A DNA stretch of 29,700 nucleotides from a virus (lineage: Duplodnaviria; Caudoviricetes): the IMG/VR virus record IMGVR_UViG_3300005805_000328, positions 1 to 29,700 of that record; one strand, written 5' to 3'. Positions 8,034 to 23,000 of this stretch are shown in pieces. Numbering within the stretch: position 1 is the first letter of the stretch; every line of letters begins with the position of its first letter. The translations under genes and the position numbers were made by a program. The notes under the pieces were generated by a model. The model had not been told where the DNA came from. It saw only the letters and a list, made by a program, of their open reading frames with translations, and did no database searches.

Positions 8034-11000
8034 ATGGCTATTAACCGTACAATAGACTTCCTTCCCGAATATTTCAGAACCATTGCTAATCAGAGATTTC
8101 TCAGCAGCACGCTGGATCGTGTTATAAGCGATCCTGCTATGAGAAAATTTGATGGTTATGTGGGCCGTCGATATGACAATGGAAAATTACTGGAGGGAAA
8201 CTATGTAACTGAACCCAGTGGAGTCAGAGAAAAATTTCAGTTGGAACCTGAATTTGTATTCAGTGAAAATGGAGTCAATGTCCGTAGTTCTGGATTTATT
8301 GACGTACTGAACAGTGTAGGTGTTCGTAATGGTCGAGTGGATCTGTGGAATCGCTTGCTTACTGGCAACAGTTATAGCTTCAAAAGTTTCATAGATCTGG
8401 ACAAACTCACCAATTACTATAATTATGTGTGGATTCCTGAACCCAGAGTGATCAACAATGGAACCAGCAACGTGCTGGTGGATGAAAACCCCTGGTTTAG
8501 GTCACCCATTGAAGTCAGCAACAGCGACATACCCAGCACTGGGTCATTTAATGTTCGCCGAACTCAAACTGGATTTGAAGTGGTTGGATACAATGGTATC
8601 AATCCTGCAATATATCTCAGACGCAGCACAGCAGAAACCACTTGTTCCTATTCGTTTAATGTTGTCGCTGACACAGTCAATCAGAGTATCAGGGTTCCCA
8701 AAACAGTTACTCAGGCCAATCCTGACGCCAGCGTGGTGGTGAGTGACGCTCAGACCAAATTTACCACCACCACTGCACGTTTTCAGAACAATGCTGGTCT
8801 CAGCATAGACAGCAGCGAGGACTTCAATTTCAAGTGGTTGCCATTCACTGTGGAAGCCTGGGTTTATGTGACCAGCGTGGGTGATACTCAGGATCATGTG
8901 ATTGTGGGGCAATGGGACAACACCGACATCACCAACAGCAGTTGGGCACTGTTCAGATCCAACAATGGTGCAGACAACGTGGTGAAGTTCAGTTGGATTG
9001 ATCTGGATACAGGTGTTCGAAATGACATTGCATACAGTGACCCTGGTGGAATGAGCCTTAACCAATGGCATCATGTGGCAGTTTCCAGAAACAACAACAC
9101 CATCAGATTGTATGTGAATGGAGTCATGGTCAGCAGCGCCACGTCATCCACAATTTCACGCAGTGATAAGCCTCTGACTGTGGGTGTTAGTTCAATACTG
9201 ACACAGGGTTTTACGGGTTATTTGGAAGATCTCAGAATCACTAAAAATATTGCTTTGTACGCCACTGTGGTTTATGATGTGCCTGCACAGAATCTCAACA
9301 ATGACGTTGACACTGTGATGCTGCTTAATTTTGACGGAACACCCGGTGCCACTGTGTTTTCTGACAGCATAGTGCTGGATAACAGTCGAATCTGGATTCA
9401 GACACAACAAGGTCGTGACGGTAGTATACCCAGCAATCCCAGTCTGGATGCCAGAGATGTATTGGGTGTCAGCAACAACGGCGTCACCAACGGAACCATC
9501 AGATTTGAAGTTCCCAAACTGGATGACGAAAGTTATTTCCGCAATCTAAATCTCACTGGTGTTGAACTCTATGACAAAGTGGATTTGGCCACCACACTGA
9601 ATTTTGATCAGATCAACAACAGCATATATGATTTGTTTGTACAAGCACCTATCCCAGGACAGAGCAGTGAGCTAACTGGCCGTCGTGGCGGCATTGACGG
9701 AGTAAAGTCACTGGATGGTAAAACACTGATTTTCGTCAACAAACAAACACAGGGCTGGGAAAGAGAAATTCCTCTGGAACTACAGGGAGTTGAATACGGT
9801 CAGTATGATCAGTTCACTCCGGTGGATTTTTCAGAAAGATTTGGCATTTGGCAAATACGAGTGGTGCAAAAATCCTATGAAGATGGCAGTACACTGAACA
9901 TAATTCAGTTGGAGCTGATTCGTGAAGTTGATGCTGACTATCGAGTGGACGTACTGGATGGTATTACCTATCGCAACACCAGCTGGTACAAGAAAGCCAA
10001 CGCATATAATCCTGCTGGATCCACTGATGCTCTCAAGGGATTCTTCCTGCGTATGCCTCAGCTGAGTGGCAATTACACCACTTTGTATCTGCAAGACGAT
10101 CAAAGTGATGTCAATGTTTTGCCTCTGATCATTGTGAACAGTGAAGTACCCACTCTGGATGTTGAATCAGAGATTTTGTGTAAACCCTATTACACCAGCG
10201 GCAACGGTATTGAATTTATCAATGGATTGCATATTCGATTTGGCACCGACACCAAACCCAGCAGATACATTGAATACATACTGGTAGACAGAGTTACCAC
10301 TGATGTGTCAGAGGGTGAAATTCTGGACAGTATTACAGCCACCGAAGAAATCACCATCAAATTGAGCAATGTAAACAAGATCAGAGCTGGTGACCTGTTG
10401 CTGATTGATGACGAATACATGTTGGTGTCTGGAGTCAATTTAGCAGCAACCACTGTGACTGTGGTCAGACCTCAGGAAAATTCAGTCACTGCACCACATC
10501 AGAGTGGAGCATTTGTACAGGTACTCAGAAAACCCAGTTACATAGTGGAAGGTGTAGGCAAAGAGATTGTGCTGATTCCCTATCAGGATCTGGTTCTAAG
10601 TGAGGAGTATCTGGATTACGCACAGGATCCGGATTATATCACCATCAATCGCGCCAGCCTGGATCGCAATCCCTGGAGTCGCAGCAATCGTTGGTTTAAC
10701 AAGCAGGTAGTAAACAAGAGCCTGGAGTATCTGGCCAACCAGGGTCAGATATTCAGCAGCCCTGCTGTAAACTACAATGCAGTCAGACCCATTGTGGAAT
10801 TCGTGGCTGGACTGAAGTTGTATAATTTTGGAGCAGTTGCGCTACCCACAGTGAATTACTTGGACACCAACAAAGTCAACGATGCATTGAGCAAGATCAA
10901 TGGACGTAATATCACTGACACTCAGGCCATCAGCATTGATGGAAACGTGGCTCTGAATCAGTACGATCTGGTGATTTTCAACGCCGATACTGACGCAGCA

Positions 11001-14000
11001 GTCAGACAAAAAATCTATCAGGTACAGTATGTGGACGTGGACGGCAATTACAATTTGTTCAACAAAGCAGACGTCAAAGTAGCCACCACTGCCAATATTA
11101 ATTTGTCATCACCTGGTGCCACTATTGATGGTTATACTCTACAAACCAATGATCGTGTGTTGGTATGGAAGCAAACCAATGCAGCCAAAAATGGTATCTA
11201 TATCTATAACGGTGGTGTACTGACCAGAGACACTGACACCAGAAATCCTTCCAGTTATGCTCGCGGGTTCTATGTAAAAGTTATCAATGGTAACACCTAT
11301 GCCAACACTTGGTTCCGGTACAAAGTGACCACAGTGACTGAGCTGATTCAGCCCAAGTTGATCAACAATGCGACTATATCCAGTTCAGTGATAGATCTGG
11401 ATGACGTGAGTGGAATTGAAGTGGGAATGAGAGCTGATTGCGCTGGTTTTGTGGGGGAATCACTAGTAAATGTGGTTGACCCAGTGCTCAATCAGGTAAC
11501 TTTGAGTACAGCTATTTCGGCACCTGCAGGTTCCACGGTGAACTTCTGCAGAATGTATCTGGATGCAGCCACTGACCCCAGCACTATAGTTTTTGAATCA
11601 GTGACTGATCAGGGACCCAGAGTGTTCCTGCAGGAATATTCCACAGCCATTGCAGGCAGTTGCGTATCAGTAAAGCAGGGAGATCAGAATCGTGGAACCA
11701 ATTGGTTCTGGGACACTGTGACTGAAACCTGGACCCAAAGCAGTCAGGTTAAAGATCAAATACAGCAAAAGCCCTTGTTTGATGTTTTTGATTTCAATGA
11801 TGTGAGTTTTGGCGATAATAGTGTCTACAACAGCACCAATTTTAACGGTAGCACTCTGTTTGAGTACAAACTTAACCCCACCGCGGCCAATGATCCTGTG
11901 TTGGGATTTGGAATAACCTACCGTACCATCAATAATGTGGGTGATATCAGTTTTTCAAATACATTTGAAACTGACGTGTTTAACTATATCAGCAATATTG
12001 AAGCTGGCACCAGCCAGAATGTTCAGGTTAACACCGGAACAGCACAAATAGTGGATTCCTGCACAGGTGAAATCAAGCAATACGATGTCTGGCAGAGAAT
12101 ATTAAACAACCTGGAACTGTACCAGAATCTAGAAGTTCCTGGATCTCAGTTGGTGTTGAGTTCCAATGTGAATTCACAAACAGTGACTGGCGAAGTCGTC
12201 AGAGACATCAATGTGGTGCTGACCAGTGTTAATGACATTCAGGAAGGCATGGTGGTAACTGGACCTGGTATTGTGGGCCTGCCCAGAATTACATCAGTGG
12301 ATGCAGTAAACAAAACCATTACTCTAAGTACAATACAAACCCTGACAGATTCAACTGAACTGGTTTTTAACTCTGAGTTCCGTTATGACATTCCTGGTAC
12401 ATTGTTGGTCAAGAATACTCAAAACGCCTATAACAACAAAATCTTTGTGGACGGAGTACAGCTCTATAATGATCTGTTCACTATTCAACAGATGGGCAAC
12501 ATCATCAGAATTTCAATCAGTGTAGATGCGCTGGATCCTCTGAATCCTTATTACCAGAACATCAGTTCAGATAGCCAGCTGTTGATCAAACTGATTGCCA
12601 GCACAGTGCTTCCCAACAGTTGGTTTGATGTGCCCACTCAGTACGAAATCAATCCCTACAATGCCAGACCCATTGAATTTACACTGAGTGATCTCAAGAG
12701 CCACGCAGATGCTCTGCACAGCAATCATGGTCATCGTATAACGCCTCTGGTTACTGATAATTCACTGGAAAATCAGGATCATCGAGCCAATCCGGGTCTG
12801 ATCATGTTACACGAAGGATTCAGTGTGTTGCCCACACTGATGCTCACTGACACCAGGTATGATATTGAAAGAGCCATCAACACCACTGGTAGAGATTACG
12901 AACAGTTCAAATTACAATTTATTGAAACCAGCAATCAGATTGAAGCCATTGAGACCATGAGTGTACCACAGGCAGTGGATGAAATCTTCAAAGTGCTGGT
13001 GCAGAACAAAACCAGTGACCAGGCTTGGTATACCAGTGACATGGTACCCATCAATGGAACTGCTATCACATACCTGATTGAAGATGTTGCACAAACTGAA
13101 TATGACCTCAGCGATGTTTTTGAAAATCGTGCATCCAATCAAGCTGTGCTGGTTTATCTGAATGGTCACCAACTGATCAGAGGCACAGATTACGAATTTG
13201 ATCTAACCAGCCCTGTGGTAAACATTCTGAAGACTCTCAGAGTCAATGATGAACTTCGTTTGGTGGAATTCACCAACACAGATGGTTGTTATGTACCAGC
13301 AACTCCTGCCAAGCTGGGTTTGGGCCCATTGTTTGTACCTGAGATTTATCTGGACGACACCTATCGCACACCCACCCGAGTAATACAGGGACATGATGGC
13401 AGCATCATCACATCATACAATGACTATCGTGACCAGCTGATTCTGGAATTAGAACTCAGAATTTTCAACAATGTGAAACTGGACAGTGATCTCTGGAACA
13501 ATGTAATACAGAGCAGAGTTCCTGACGCTGGAAAGTTCAGAGAACTCAATGGTAACTCTTTGTATGACATGACTGAAGAAGCCAGTATCTATCGTAAGTA
13601 TTTTTACGAGTGGGTGGCTAATAATCGTGTGAATTACTCAGTGAGTGTTTATGACGACTCTGATCCTTTCACTTACAATTACAGCGGCAGTCGTGACAGA
13701 GTCACCAATCAGCTGTGCCTGGGATACTGGAGAGGTATTTATCGGGACTTTTATGACACTGATCGTCCGCACACTCATCCTTGGGAAATGCTGGGTATTA
13801 CCCGCAAACCCACCTGGTGGGAGTCGGTGTATGGTCCTGCTCCCTACACTGGAACCAACTTGGTGCTGTGGGAAGACTTGAAAAACGGTGTAGCCAATGG
13901 TGGCAATTTCAAGAGTGTATTGGGCGCTCGCTCAACACAGATTCAGAACACCGAAAGAACTGGCAATTTCACTCTGTTGGATATTGTGCCAGTGGATAGC

Positions 14001-17000
14001 AGTGGAACATTATTGAATCCGGTGGATGCTTATCTGATTGGAGGGCTAATAACCAGCTCAGCCAGAAATCAGTATACATTTAATGATAACGCTCCGGCAG
14101 AAACTGCTTGGAGACGCAGCAGCAGTTTCAGATTTGCTCAGCTTAACGCCAGAATTTTACAGAATCCTCAGTTCATGTTGGGTACACTGTGGGATCTGGA
14201 CAACTACAAACCCTACACTCTGATTGACAGTGTGGGAACCACATCTGCTAGTTATGTGGGTTTTAGATACCTGGAAACTCAGTTCCCTGGCATAAATGAT
14301 GTAAAAATTCACACAGTGGATATTGACTCTGATGGCAACATCATCAGACGTCATAGTATTTTGAACTTTGTGGTGGAAACACTAAGAGGGCAGGGTCAAA
14401 ATCCCGAACAGTTCAAGAATGTCATTGCGAATAGCAATGTCAATCTGGTATACAAGATGGCAGCATTTGCTGATGTGGATAACATTCAGGTTTATGCTGA
14501 ACAAAACAGTGCTCAGACTCAGGGTAACACAGTCAAAGTACCACAAGAAGATTACGAGCTATTACTTAGTGAAAGTGTGCCAGTGGATGTGGCTTCCTAT
14601 AGTGGAGTGATCATTACTCGCAGTGCCAACGGGTATCGTGTAACTGGGTATGATCGTCAATATCCATACTTCATAATTTACCCCAGCAACACCAACACAG
14701 TTCCACGTCAGTTTCAAGTGGGTTCACAGACCTATGCTTACTATACTGAATTTCAGAACAATCCCATCTATGTTCCCTATGATTACGAATTTGTTAGCAA
14801 ACAGACAGTGGTGGATTTCCTGGTCAGCTACGGAGAACACCTGACACGTCAGGGATTTGTTTTTGAAACTCAACCTGAACAGGACCGTATCAACTGGATT
14901 GATGCTGCTATTCAGTTTATTAAATGGAGTGGATATAACTGGAGCACTGGTTCCGGTGGATCTCAGCGTCTGAGTCTGGTATTAAACCCCGGTTCAGGTA
15001 TTCTGAAATACACACCCATTGCTGGTACTTTACAAAATCTGATGTTGCCAGACAATCTGATCCTGGATGAAAATCAGAACATCATCAGCAGCCGTGACAT
15101 TGATGTATTCCGTGATCAGGACATAACTTACATCAACAATTTACAGCCTTTTAGCACCATCAGTGCATTGAGAACCAATATTGTGACTTACGAACACAAA
15201 CTGATTGTAAAGAATCAGACTGTGTTTGGAGATTTGATATTCAATCCAGCTTTGGGAATCCGTCAAAATCGCTTGAGGATCACTGGTCTCAAAACCAATG
15301 ATTGGGATGGTACCATTAACAGTGCTGGTCATCTGTTGATGTTTAGTTCAGTACCAGAATGGCAGCCCAACACTGATTACTTACAGGGTGATATTGTCAA
15401 ATATAAAAATCGCAATTATACAGCTCTGGAACCTGTGATTGGTGCTCCTGAGTTTCAGGTTAGCAAGTTCAGCATCAGTGATGTAACCTATCAGAATCGT
15501 TTGCTACCCAGCATTGGTGCCAAAACACTGGACCTGGAAAGAGCATATGACATCAATCATACTCCCAACGTCAGTGACTTTACTAGACTGAGATGCAATG
15601 CGTTGGGTTATGTGGAAAGAACCTGGTTGGCCAACCTGGGTCTGGATCTGAACAATCAGACTGAATTTTATCGCGGCTGGGTCAAAGAGAAGGGCAGCTT
15701 CAATGCAGTGGATAAGTTTACTGCTGCTGGTCAGCGCGATTTGTTGGCAGACTTCACTGTAACTGAAGAATACGCCATCAAATTGGGCGACTACGGTGCA
15801 ACTGGTCGTACTGGATATGTGGAAGTAAGTTTGATCAACGAAACCGAAAGCAACAATCCCCTGGCGGTGGAATTTGCTGACGGTTCCAACAGTTCTAACC
15901 TGATTCAGGTAAGCACCAGTGAGTTGTATAAAAAGTCCACCAACTGGACCACCAATTTTATCAACAATGCAGGCACGCTGATCAGAGAAGAGGGCAGATT
16001 TATTGATGCTGGACCAGTGCTACCCACTGAAATATACAATAAAGCCAAGTCAACTACTCTGGAATACACTGCAGAACAGGAACAAGCACTGACTTTCAGC
16101 AGCCTGGAATCTCTGACACTGACAGCAGACATACAGAATTTGCTGAAAAATGTAAGATACGGAAATTGGATCTGGATTGCGGTGGACGAAACACTGACCA
16201 CAGACAACAAATACAATGTGATATCCTGGAAAAATTCCAGTGCAAAATTGGTAGCCATTAGAAAAAATTCAGCTCAAAATACTCTGGAACTGTTTTTGGA
16301 TCAGGTATTGGATCTGACCACAGATCAAATTGTGGTGTTGGACATCAACGATGCAAATCTGTTGTTACAGGGAGCTTTCAAAGTGGTTTCCAACAGAGCC
16401 ATGCCCAGCACAGGATTTGTCAGTATGTTGAGTATAACATCGCCTGCTGTGGATTTGCTGGCTTTTGACACCGTGGAGTACAATACAGAAACTGCTGGCA
16501 ATCCGGTGTACACCTACGAAACACTCAGATACAATGACATCGGCAGCGCAGATCTAAATCGCAATCTGGACAAACTTTATCTGCCACGTGATCGCAAAGT
16601 TTACATAGACTACAATAACCTGGGTTGGGCTGTTTTTGACTTCCGTGAGCCCTACGCAACTGGTAGTGTAAACTTGCCTGACTCCCAAAATCCCATCACT
16701 GGTAATGCAGTGGGTATTATTACCACCAGCATTGCGCAGGACGAAACTGATCGAAGATTGTGGTTGGGAAAATCTGGTAATAATAAAGTAACTGTGAAGA
16801 GTTTCCGTAATACCAATTTGGCTCTGGGAGTAACTGGTGATCTAAACGTGGATTTTGAAACCTTTACTGCTGGACCACTAGGCGGTACCTACGAGGAAAG
16901 AGTAGATACCTTGGCTCTAGGCACACAATTGGTCAATCTGACACAGGGCAGAGCTGCTGCTACTGCAACTGATAGCAGCAACCGTGGACAGGTTTACGTA

Positions 17001-20000
17001 TTACAAGCTCTAAGCGACAGTTATGCAGTCAATCAGATATTACAAGGCAGCGCATCATCAGCTTACTATGGTGCTAGTACAGCAGCATCCACTGACGGCG
17101 AGTGGATGTTTGTGGGAGAAACCAGACCCAGTACCACTGGTCAGGTATATGTTTACAAGAGATTTAACAATTCCAACACCACAGCAAATTGGTCTGTTAC
17201 TGGTAATGCCAGTTCCAATTACACCATGAGTTTCACTCCTGATAACGAGTACAGTATAAAAGTTGTAGTGGCTGGAGAAATTCAATCGCCTGTGGTAAAT
17301 TATACCCTGAGTGGCAATGTGATATCCTTTACTGGAAATGTAAGTGGAAACGCTATCACAGTGACTCAAGTTGCCAATTACTATCAGATGGTTCAAACCA
17401 TTGCTGATCCAGATAGCTCAACTGGTGGCTTATTTGGATACAGTTTGGACACCAACGATGATGGCACCAATTTGGTAGTGGGATCACCGTTTGCTGGTAC
17501 TGGCAAGGTATATGTGTTTAACCGGGACGTGGAAAAAACCTTTATCGGTACGGCTGCCAATTCTGTAGCACTGGGCAGCACAGTGGGCACTGTGGCTAAA
17601 GTGGTTGTGAAAAAGAATGGCGTACAACAGACCAGTGGAACTCACTATACTGCTGTGACTGCTGGAAACACCACTGTGGAATTTACCACTACTCTTCCAG
17701 CTGGAACCATTGTGGAAACAGATCTGTTGCAGTATGACCTGGTTGATATTGTAAGTGGCGGTGCTTCAGATACCGAGTTTGGACACAGTGTTGCAATCAA
17801 CGACAATTGGTTATCAGTGGGTGTGCCTAAGGTCACCAATACTGTGGATGATGTTACCGTATACAATCACGGTCGCATTGATCTCAGAACACTGAACAGT
17901 GAAGTCAACAGCACAGTGACAGTGAACCAGGCAGATCTGCTACCAGTTCCCAGTAACAAATGGATCAGAGTAAACGGCTGGTTGGTAAGTGCAGGAGCTA
18001 ATTCTGTGATAACCAGTGCGAATATTGCCGGAACCAATGGACAGTTGACAGTGACTGGCGGCAGTTACTATCAGGGCCAGCCTATCACTGTGTCGGGTAC
18101 ACTGAGTGGTACAGGTTCAATCACAGGGTATTCTAATCCCACAACCTATTATGTTTCAGCAGTGGCTAGTGGAACCAGCATCACAATTACAGACAGCTAC
18201 GCCAATGCAACGGCTGGTATAAGCTCACTAACCACAACAACTGGAACAACCACAGGATTAACATTCACTCTGCAGCCCTGCGTGGATGTTCTGGTAAACA
18301 ACATCAATAATGTCAGTGACTTTACTGGTGTAGTTGCAACTAAAAATGCTTTTAGCAATGTAAGTATAAGTTTTGACAGTGCCAAATTTGTGGACGGCAT
18401 AGTGACAACTGATTACACCGCAGTGCTCAGAAACATCAATAGCAACTATGATCTGGTTCAGAGCATTTTCAATACAGACCTCAAGAGCCGTCAGTTGGGC
18501 CAGACGGTTAAGTGGATCACTGATGGAGTGCTGGGTGTTGTGGAGGATTATACAGATTATCTGGATAGTTCACAAACAACATTTGATAATATTATAGACA
18601 TAGTAACCACAGTGGCTTTGACCTTTGTCAACAGCTCAGTAATCACACTGGATTCAGTGGACGGTATTGAGATAGGTTATCGTATGACAGGTGCTGGAGT
18701 AACTGGCACACCCACTGTGATTGGTATCAGCACCAGTACCAAGTCCATAAGCCTGAGTGTTACTCAGAGTGGTTTGGCATCAGGCACTGTGTTAACGTTC
18801 TCTGATCCCAATGCGTCAGAAGCTCCAACATCCAGCAAATTTGACAGTGGTGGCACTGTGTTTTATGATCGTACACCACAATCTACACAACGTTTGCTAC
18901 TGTATCAATTACTCAGAACAGGTCGAACTGCAATGGGTACGTCCAGCGATACAGCTCAGTTGACCAGAGTCAAAACTATTCAGTACGACAAAGCAGGTGA
19001 TGTTAACTTGTTCTTTACTGGAAACCTGTATCGTATCTGGGTAGGTGACAGTCTCAGCAACGATGAGTTTAACAATGTGATTGTGTACACCAATGAAAAC
19101 CTGCTCAAAGGATGGACGCTGAATCGTCAGCAACAACCAGCACTGGAACCACGCAGTATTTTCAGAGCCTGGATCTATAACGAACGCACAAAAGAAAAAG
19201 CTGTGGATCTGGATGTGGTGGACATAGCCAATGGTTTATTGCCTGGCGCCATTGCCCAGTATATCAATTATATCAGCGTAATGGATCCGGCTAGCTATGG
19301 TGTACCCATTTGGAGAAGTGGTTACACCTATGAGCCTGGTAGCCGAGTGATGTACAATGGTGTAATCTACACTGCTACAGAAACCAACAACACCGTGTTC
19401 TTTAACGCAGATCGGTGGACTGCTAGCACCACCCCTGCCAGTAACACAGGCAGCACCTATTGGGGAGCTGCACAAGTGGGTCAGACCTGGTTTAGCACTG
19501 CTAAACTCAGAACACTGCTATATGAACAAGGAGAGCTTGCTGATCGCATCAACAACTACAATCGTTGGTTCAGAGACACTGATATCATTATCCGCGAATG
19601 GGTAGCTAGTTCAGTGCCACCTGCTGAATATACCAATCAGGATGGCTATGTGGATCCAGCTGCTGCTTTTGTTTACAATCCTGTCAACAATACCTATTAT
19701 TTCTGGGTCATAAACAAAACCACAGTGGGCGCCAAACATCCAGTCAGTGCTGCTGATATCAGTGTGGGCTTGCGTGACATTCAGGGTTCTGGATTGCCCA
19801 TGATTGCTCCAGCTACCAACAACAGTGTGATCTTGTACAATGTCAAAAGCTATGTGGACAGTGCTGAATATGTACTGCACATTGATTATGTACTAACTGA
19901 TCATAATAATCGTTTGCACAGTGAATATCAGTTACTCAGTGAAGACGGTAGTCTAAGCTGGCTCAGAACTCCCATTTTTGCCAAGATGGTGGACAGCCTG

Positions 20001-23000
20001 AGTGGTATTGACCGTGATAATCTGGAAGTTCCAGATAGCAGTTTGAATTCCGAAGACCGTTATGGTGTTCTGGTCAGACCCAGACAAAGCATGTTCAGAG
20101 ATCGTGAAAAGGCGTTGGGTATCTATTTTGACACCATAAACAGAAATCTACGGACAGCAATAATTGCTAACATCAATACGCTGGAAAATATCCGACTTCA
20201 ACAGGATTATCCATCAGTTAACACTTATCAGTTCAGAGTACCGGATCGTGAAACTCTGCTGATACTGAATGTTGCAGATTATGCTGAAAACACACAGGTA
20301 CTAGTGGAAAGTGACCGCACTGCACTGTTTGCTGGTTGGAATCTGGTAAAATTGGTTAATGGCAGTTGGGAAACTGTAAATTCACAATTTTACAATCTGA
20401 ACGGTTACTGGAAATATGTGGATTGGAGTCGTGATGACTATCAGGGTCAACCTGCAGATCATACTCTGAACCACATAGGATATCTGAGCAGCATAGTTCC
20501 AGTGGCTGGTGAAACCATTGAAATTTTGGATAACGGTGATCGTAAACGAGCAGTGTATGTCTATGAAGCTGACGGCTCGTTAACGCCGGTGTTCCTGCAA
20601 TCTGGAACCATACAGTTTTTAGATAACATCTATTCTCTGACTGGTCTAGATGAAGCTCCTTTTGACAGCACTATTGGATTTGACAATGATCAGGCTCTGT
20701 CCATTAGACTGATTTTAAATGCTTTGAATAACAATATCCTGGTGGATAGCCTGAGTTTCATAGCAGATCGAGCATTTTTTGCTGTATTGCGCTATGCTCT
20801 ACAGGAAAGCGGCAACCTGGATTGGTTGTTCAGAACCAGTTTTGTTAACATCAAACATCGTGTAAAAGATCTAAATCGTCAAACCAATTTCCGCAGCGAT
20901 GATGAACAGTTTGTCAGAGATTTCATTGAGGAAAATAAACCTTTCCACAGCAGAATCAGAGATTATGTAAACAGCTATGACTTGCAGGACAACAGTTATG
21001 TTGCAGTAAGTGATTTTGACTTACCTGCACTGTATGATGAAGTTTGGTATCAAGCACAATTTGCTGGAAACCAGGGCAGAACCAGATCCAAACAGGGTAA
21101 GTTCTTCCTGAACAACTACACTGCATTGAATCTGGTAGAGGACATTTTGTACATTGGTAGTAATGGATTAGCTAACCATGCCATGGGAACCTGGCCCAAT
21201 ACCACCAAACTGACAGCTCAGGGCCAGGAATGGGTGTTTGCTATAAACACTTATCCTGTAGAAAAACCCACCAAGTATCCTGTCAGACCCGACAGTGAAA
21301 TTGGTATAGCAATTAATGGCGTTCCGTTTTACAGTGTGGTGGGTAAATTCCAGGACCGACTGGTAAGTGCTGCTGACCCCAGCGAGGTGGAAATCTATAC
21401 CGAAAACATTGTGGAAACTAATGGATATGCTGGACCTGACGCCAGCAATGGATACCTGACCACCAATGATGCTTATGTGTATCGCATGGATCCAGTATTG
21501 TTGTATACCAAGAATCCAGCGGCTCACAGCCCCATCCTGGGTTTTGCACTGGACGGATATCCAATTTATGGACCTTACGGATATGCCAATACTGATGGTA
21601 CTGGTGGAATCATTCGCAATACCAGCAGCTATCGTCTAAAAACCGATCTCAGACTGGTACAGCAAAACATACAAAATGGCACCAAGTATGCCACTTTGGG
21701 ATCTCCTGATGGAATCTACATTGAAGACTGGCAATATGTAGCTGGAACCGGTACCCTGGATCAGCACAACGGCAGATTCGTAGTTACTCCTGAATATCCA
21801 TATGGCACCTACGCTTATTTTGTGACTGTGGATGAAAACAATGAGCCAGTTTATCCCTACGTCATTGGACCCACTTTTGCTGGAGTTCCCACGGGCCTCA
21901 GAACAGAATATCAGGGTGAAACCAGCGTACCAGTTTATGAAAACGGCGACTACACGATGCCCCCAGCACCGGCTTTGCCTTACACTGATTGGAGTTTGCG
22001 CTCACCCAGTGGTAGTTTTGCCAATGACTATAAGAGATTTTTACAAAGTCCTTATCGCAACTGGTTCGACAATTATACCTATGACCTAGTCAGATTGGAG
22101 CTAGCTGACCCTGGTAAGGGTTACACATCACCACCCACTATTGTGATCAGCGGCGGAGGTGGATCAGGAGCCACAGCAGTGGCAGCTATTACAACCACAG
22201 GTCAGGTCAAAGATTCTGACTTTATTGTAACACCTGGCACAGGATATACCAGTACACCCACTGTGACTGTCACTGGCGGGCACAGTGTTGCGGCTTGGAG
22301 CAACGCCACTACCTATAGTTCAGGCACAGTGGTCAGTTATATTCCACCAGGTGGCAGCACACTGTATTATGAATCACAGAGTGGCGTACCTGCAGGTACT
22401 CCTCTCAGCAACACCACTTTCTGGGTTGAGCTGTCACCCAACAATCCACAAGTACCCAGAACTGCTGTGTTGGTTCCGGTGCTGGAAAACAAACTGATCA
22501 GATCTTTTGACACCACCATTAAATTTGATCGAGTAAGTGGCACAATTCAGGATCATCAGACCAGTCAGACTTATTTGACTGGAGATGTAGTCAGAAACTC
22601 AGCCACTGGTGACTTCTACAAGGCATTGGCGGCTGTTCCAGTTGCCACAGCCTTAACCAACACCCTTTACTGGAAATTGATGACACAGTCTGAAGTCATC
22701 AACACTGACGCAGCTACTCGCATAACTGCTTTGTACGAACCCACCAACAGCATGGTAACATCAGATTTGGCTCAATTGCTAACTGGAGCTGAGTTCCCAG
22801 GCACTCTGGTGGATGGATATGATTTTGTTCAGACGCATCTGGTACCCACAGGTGCTCTAGCAGACACACAGGATCATCAGATTGGCCAGGTATCTGTAAT
22901 GGCACAATTTGATTCAGCACACTATTTTGACACTGTGTTCAGCACCAGACAGAAAATACGTGGAACCAGATCAGCTAGCTTCAGCCAGTCCAGCAACAGA

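Larger units (their letters stand above)
15354..22679 (+). repeat. Four CBM5/12 (chitin-binding type 3)-like short modules within giant ORF
   Basis: W-x(4-5)-Y-x-x-G-x-x-V-x-Y pattern: 'PEWQPNTDYLQGDIVKYKNRNY' (15354), 'PIWRSGYTYEPGSRVMYNGVIY' (19305), 'AAWSNATTYSSGTVVSY' (22290), 'QDHQTSQTYLTGDVVRN..FYKAL' (22548). Confidence 0.65.
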
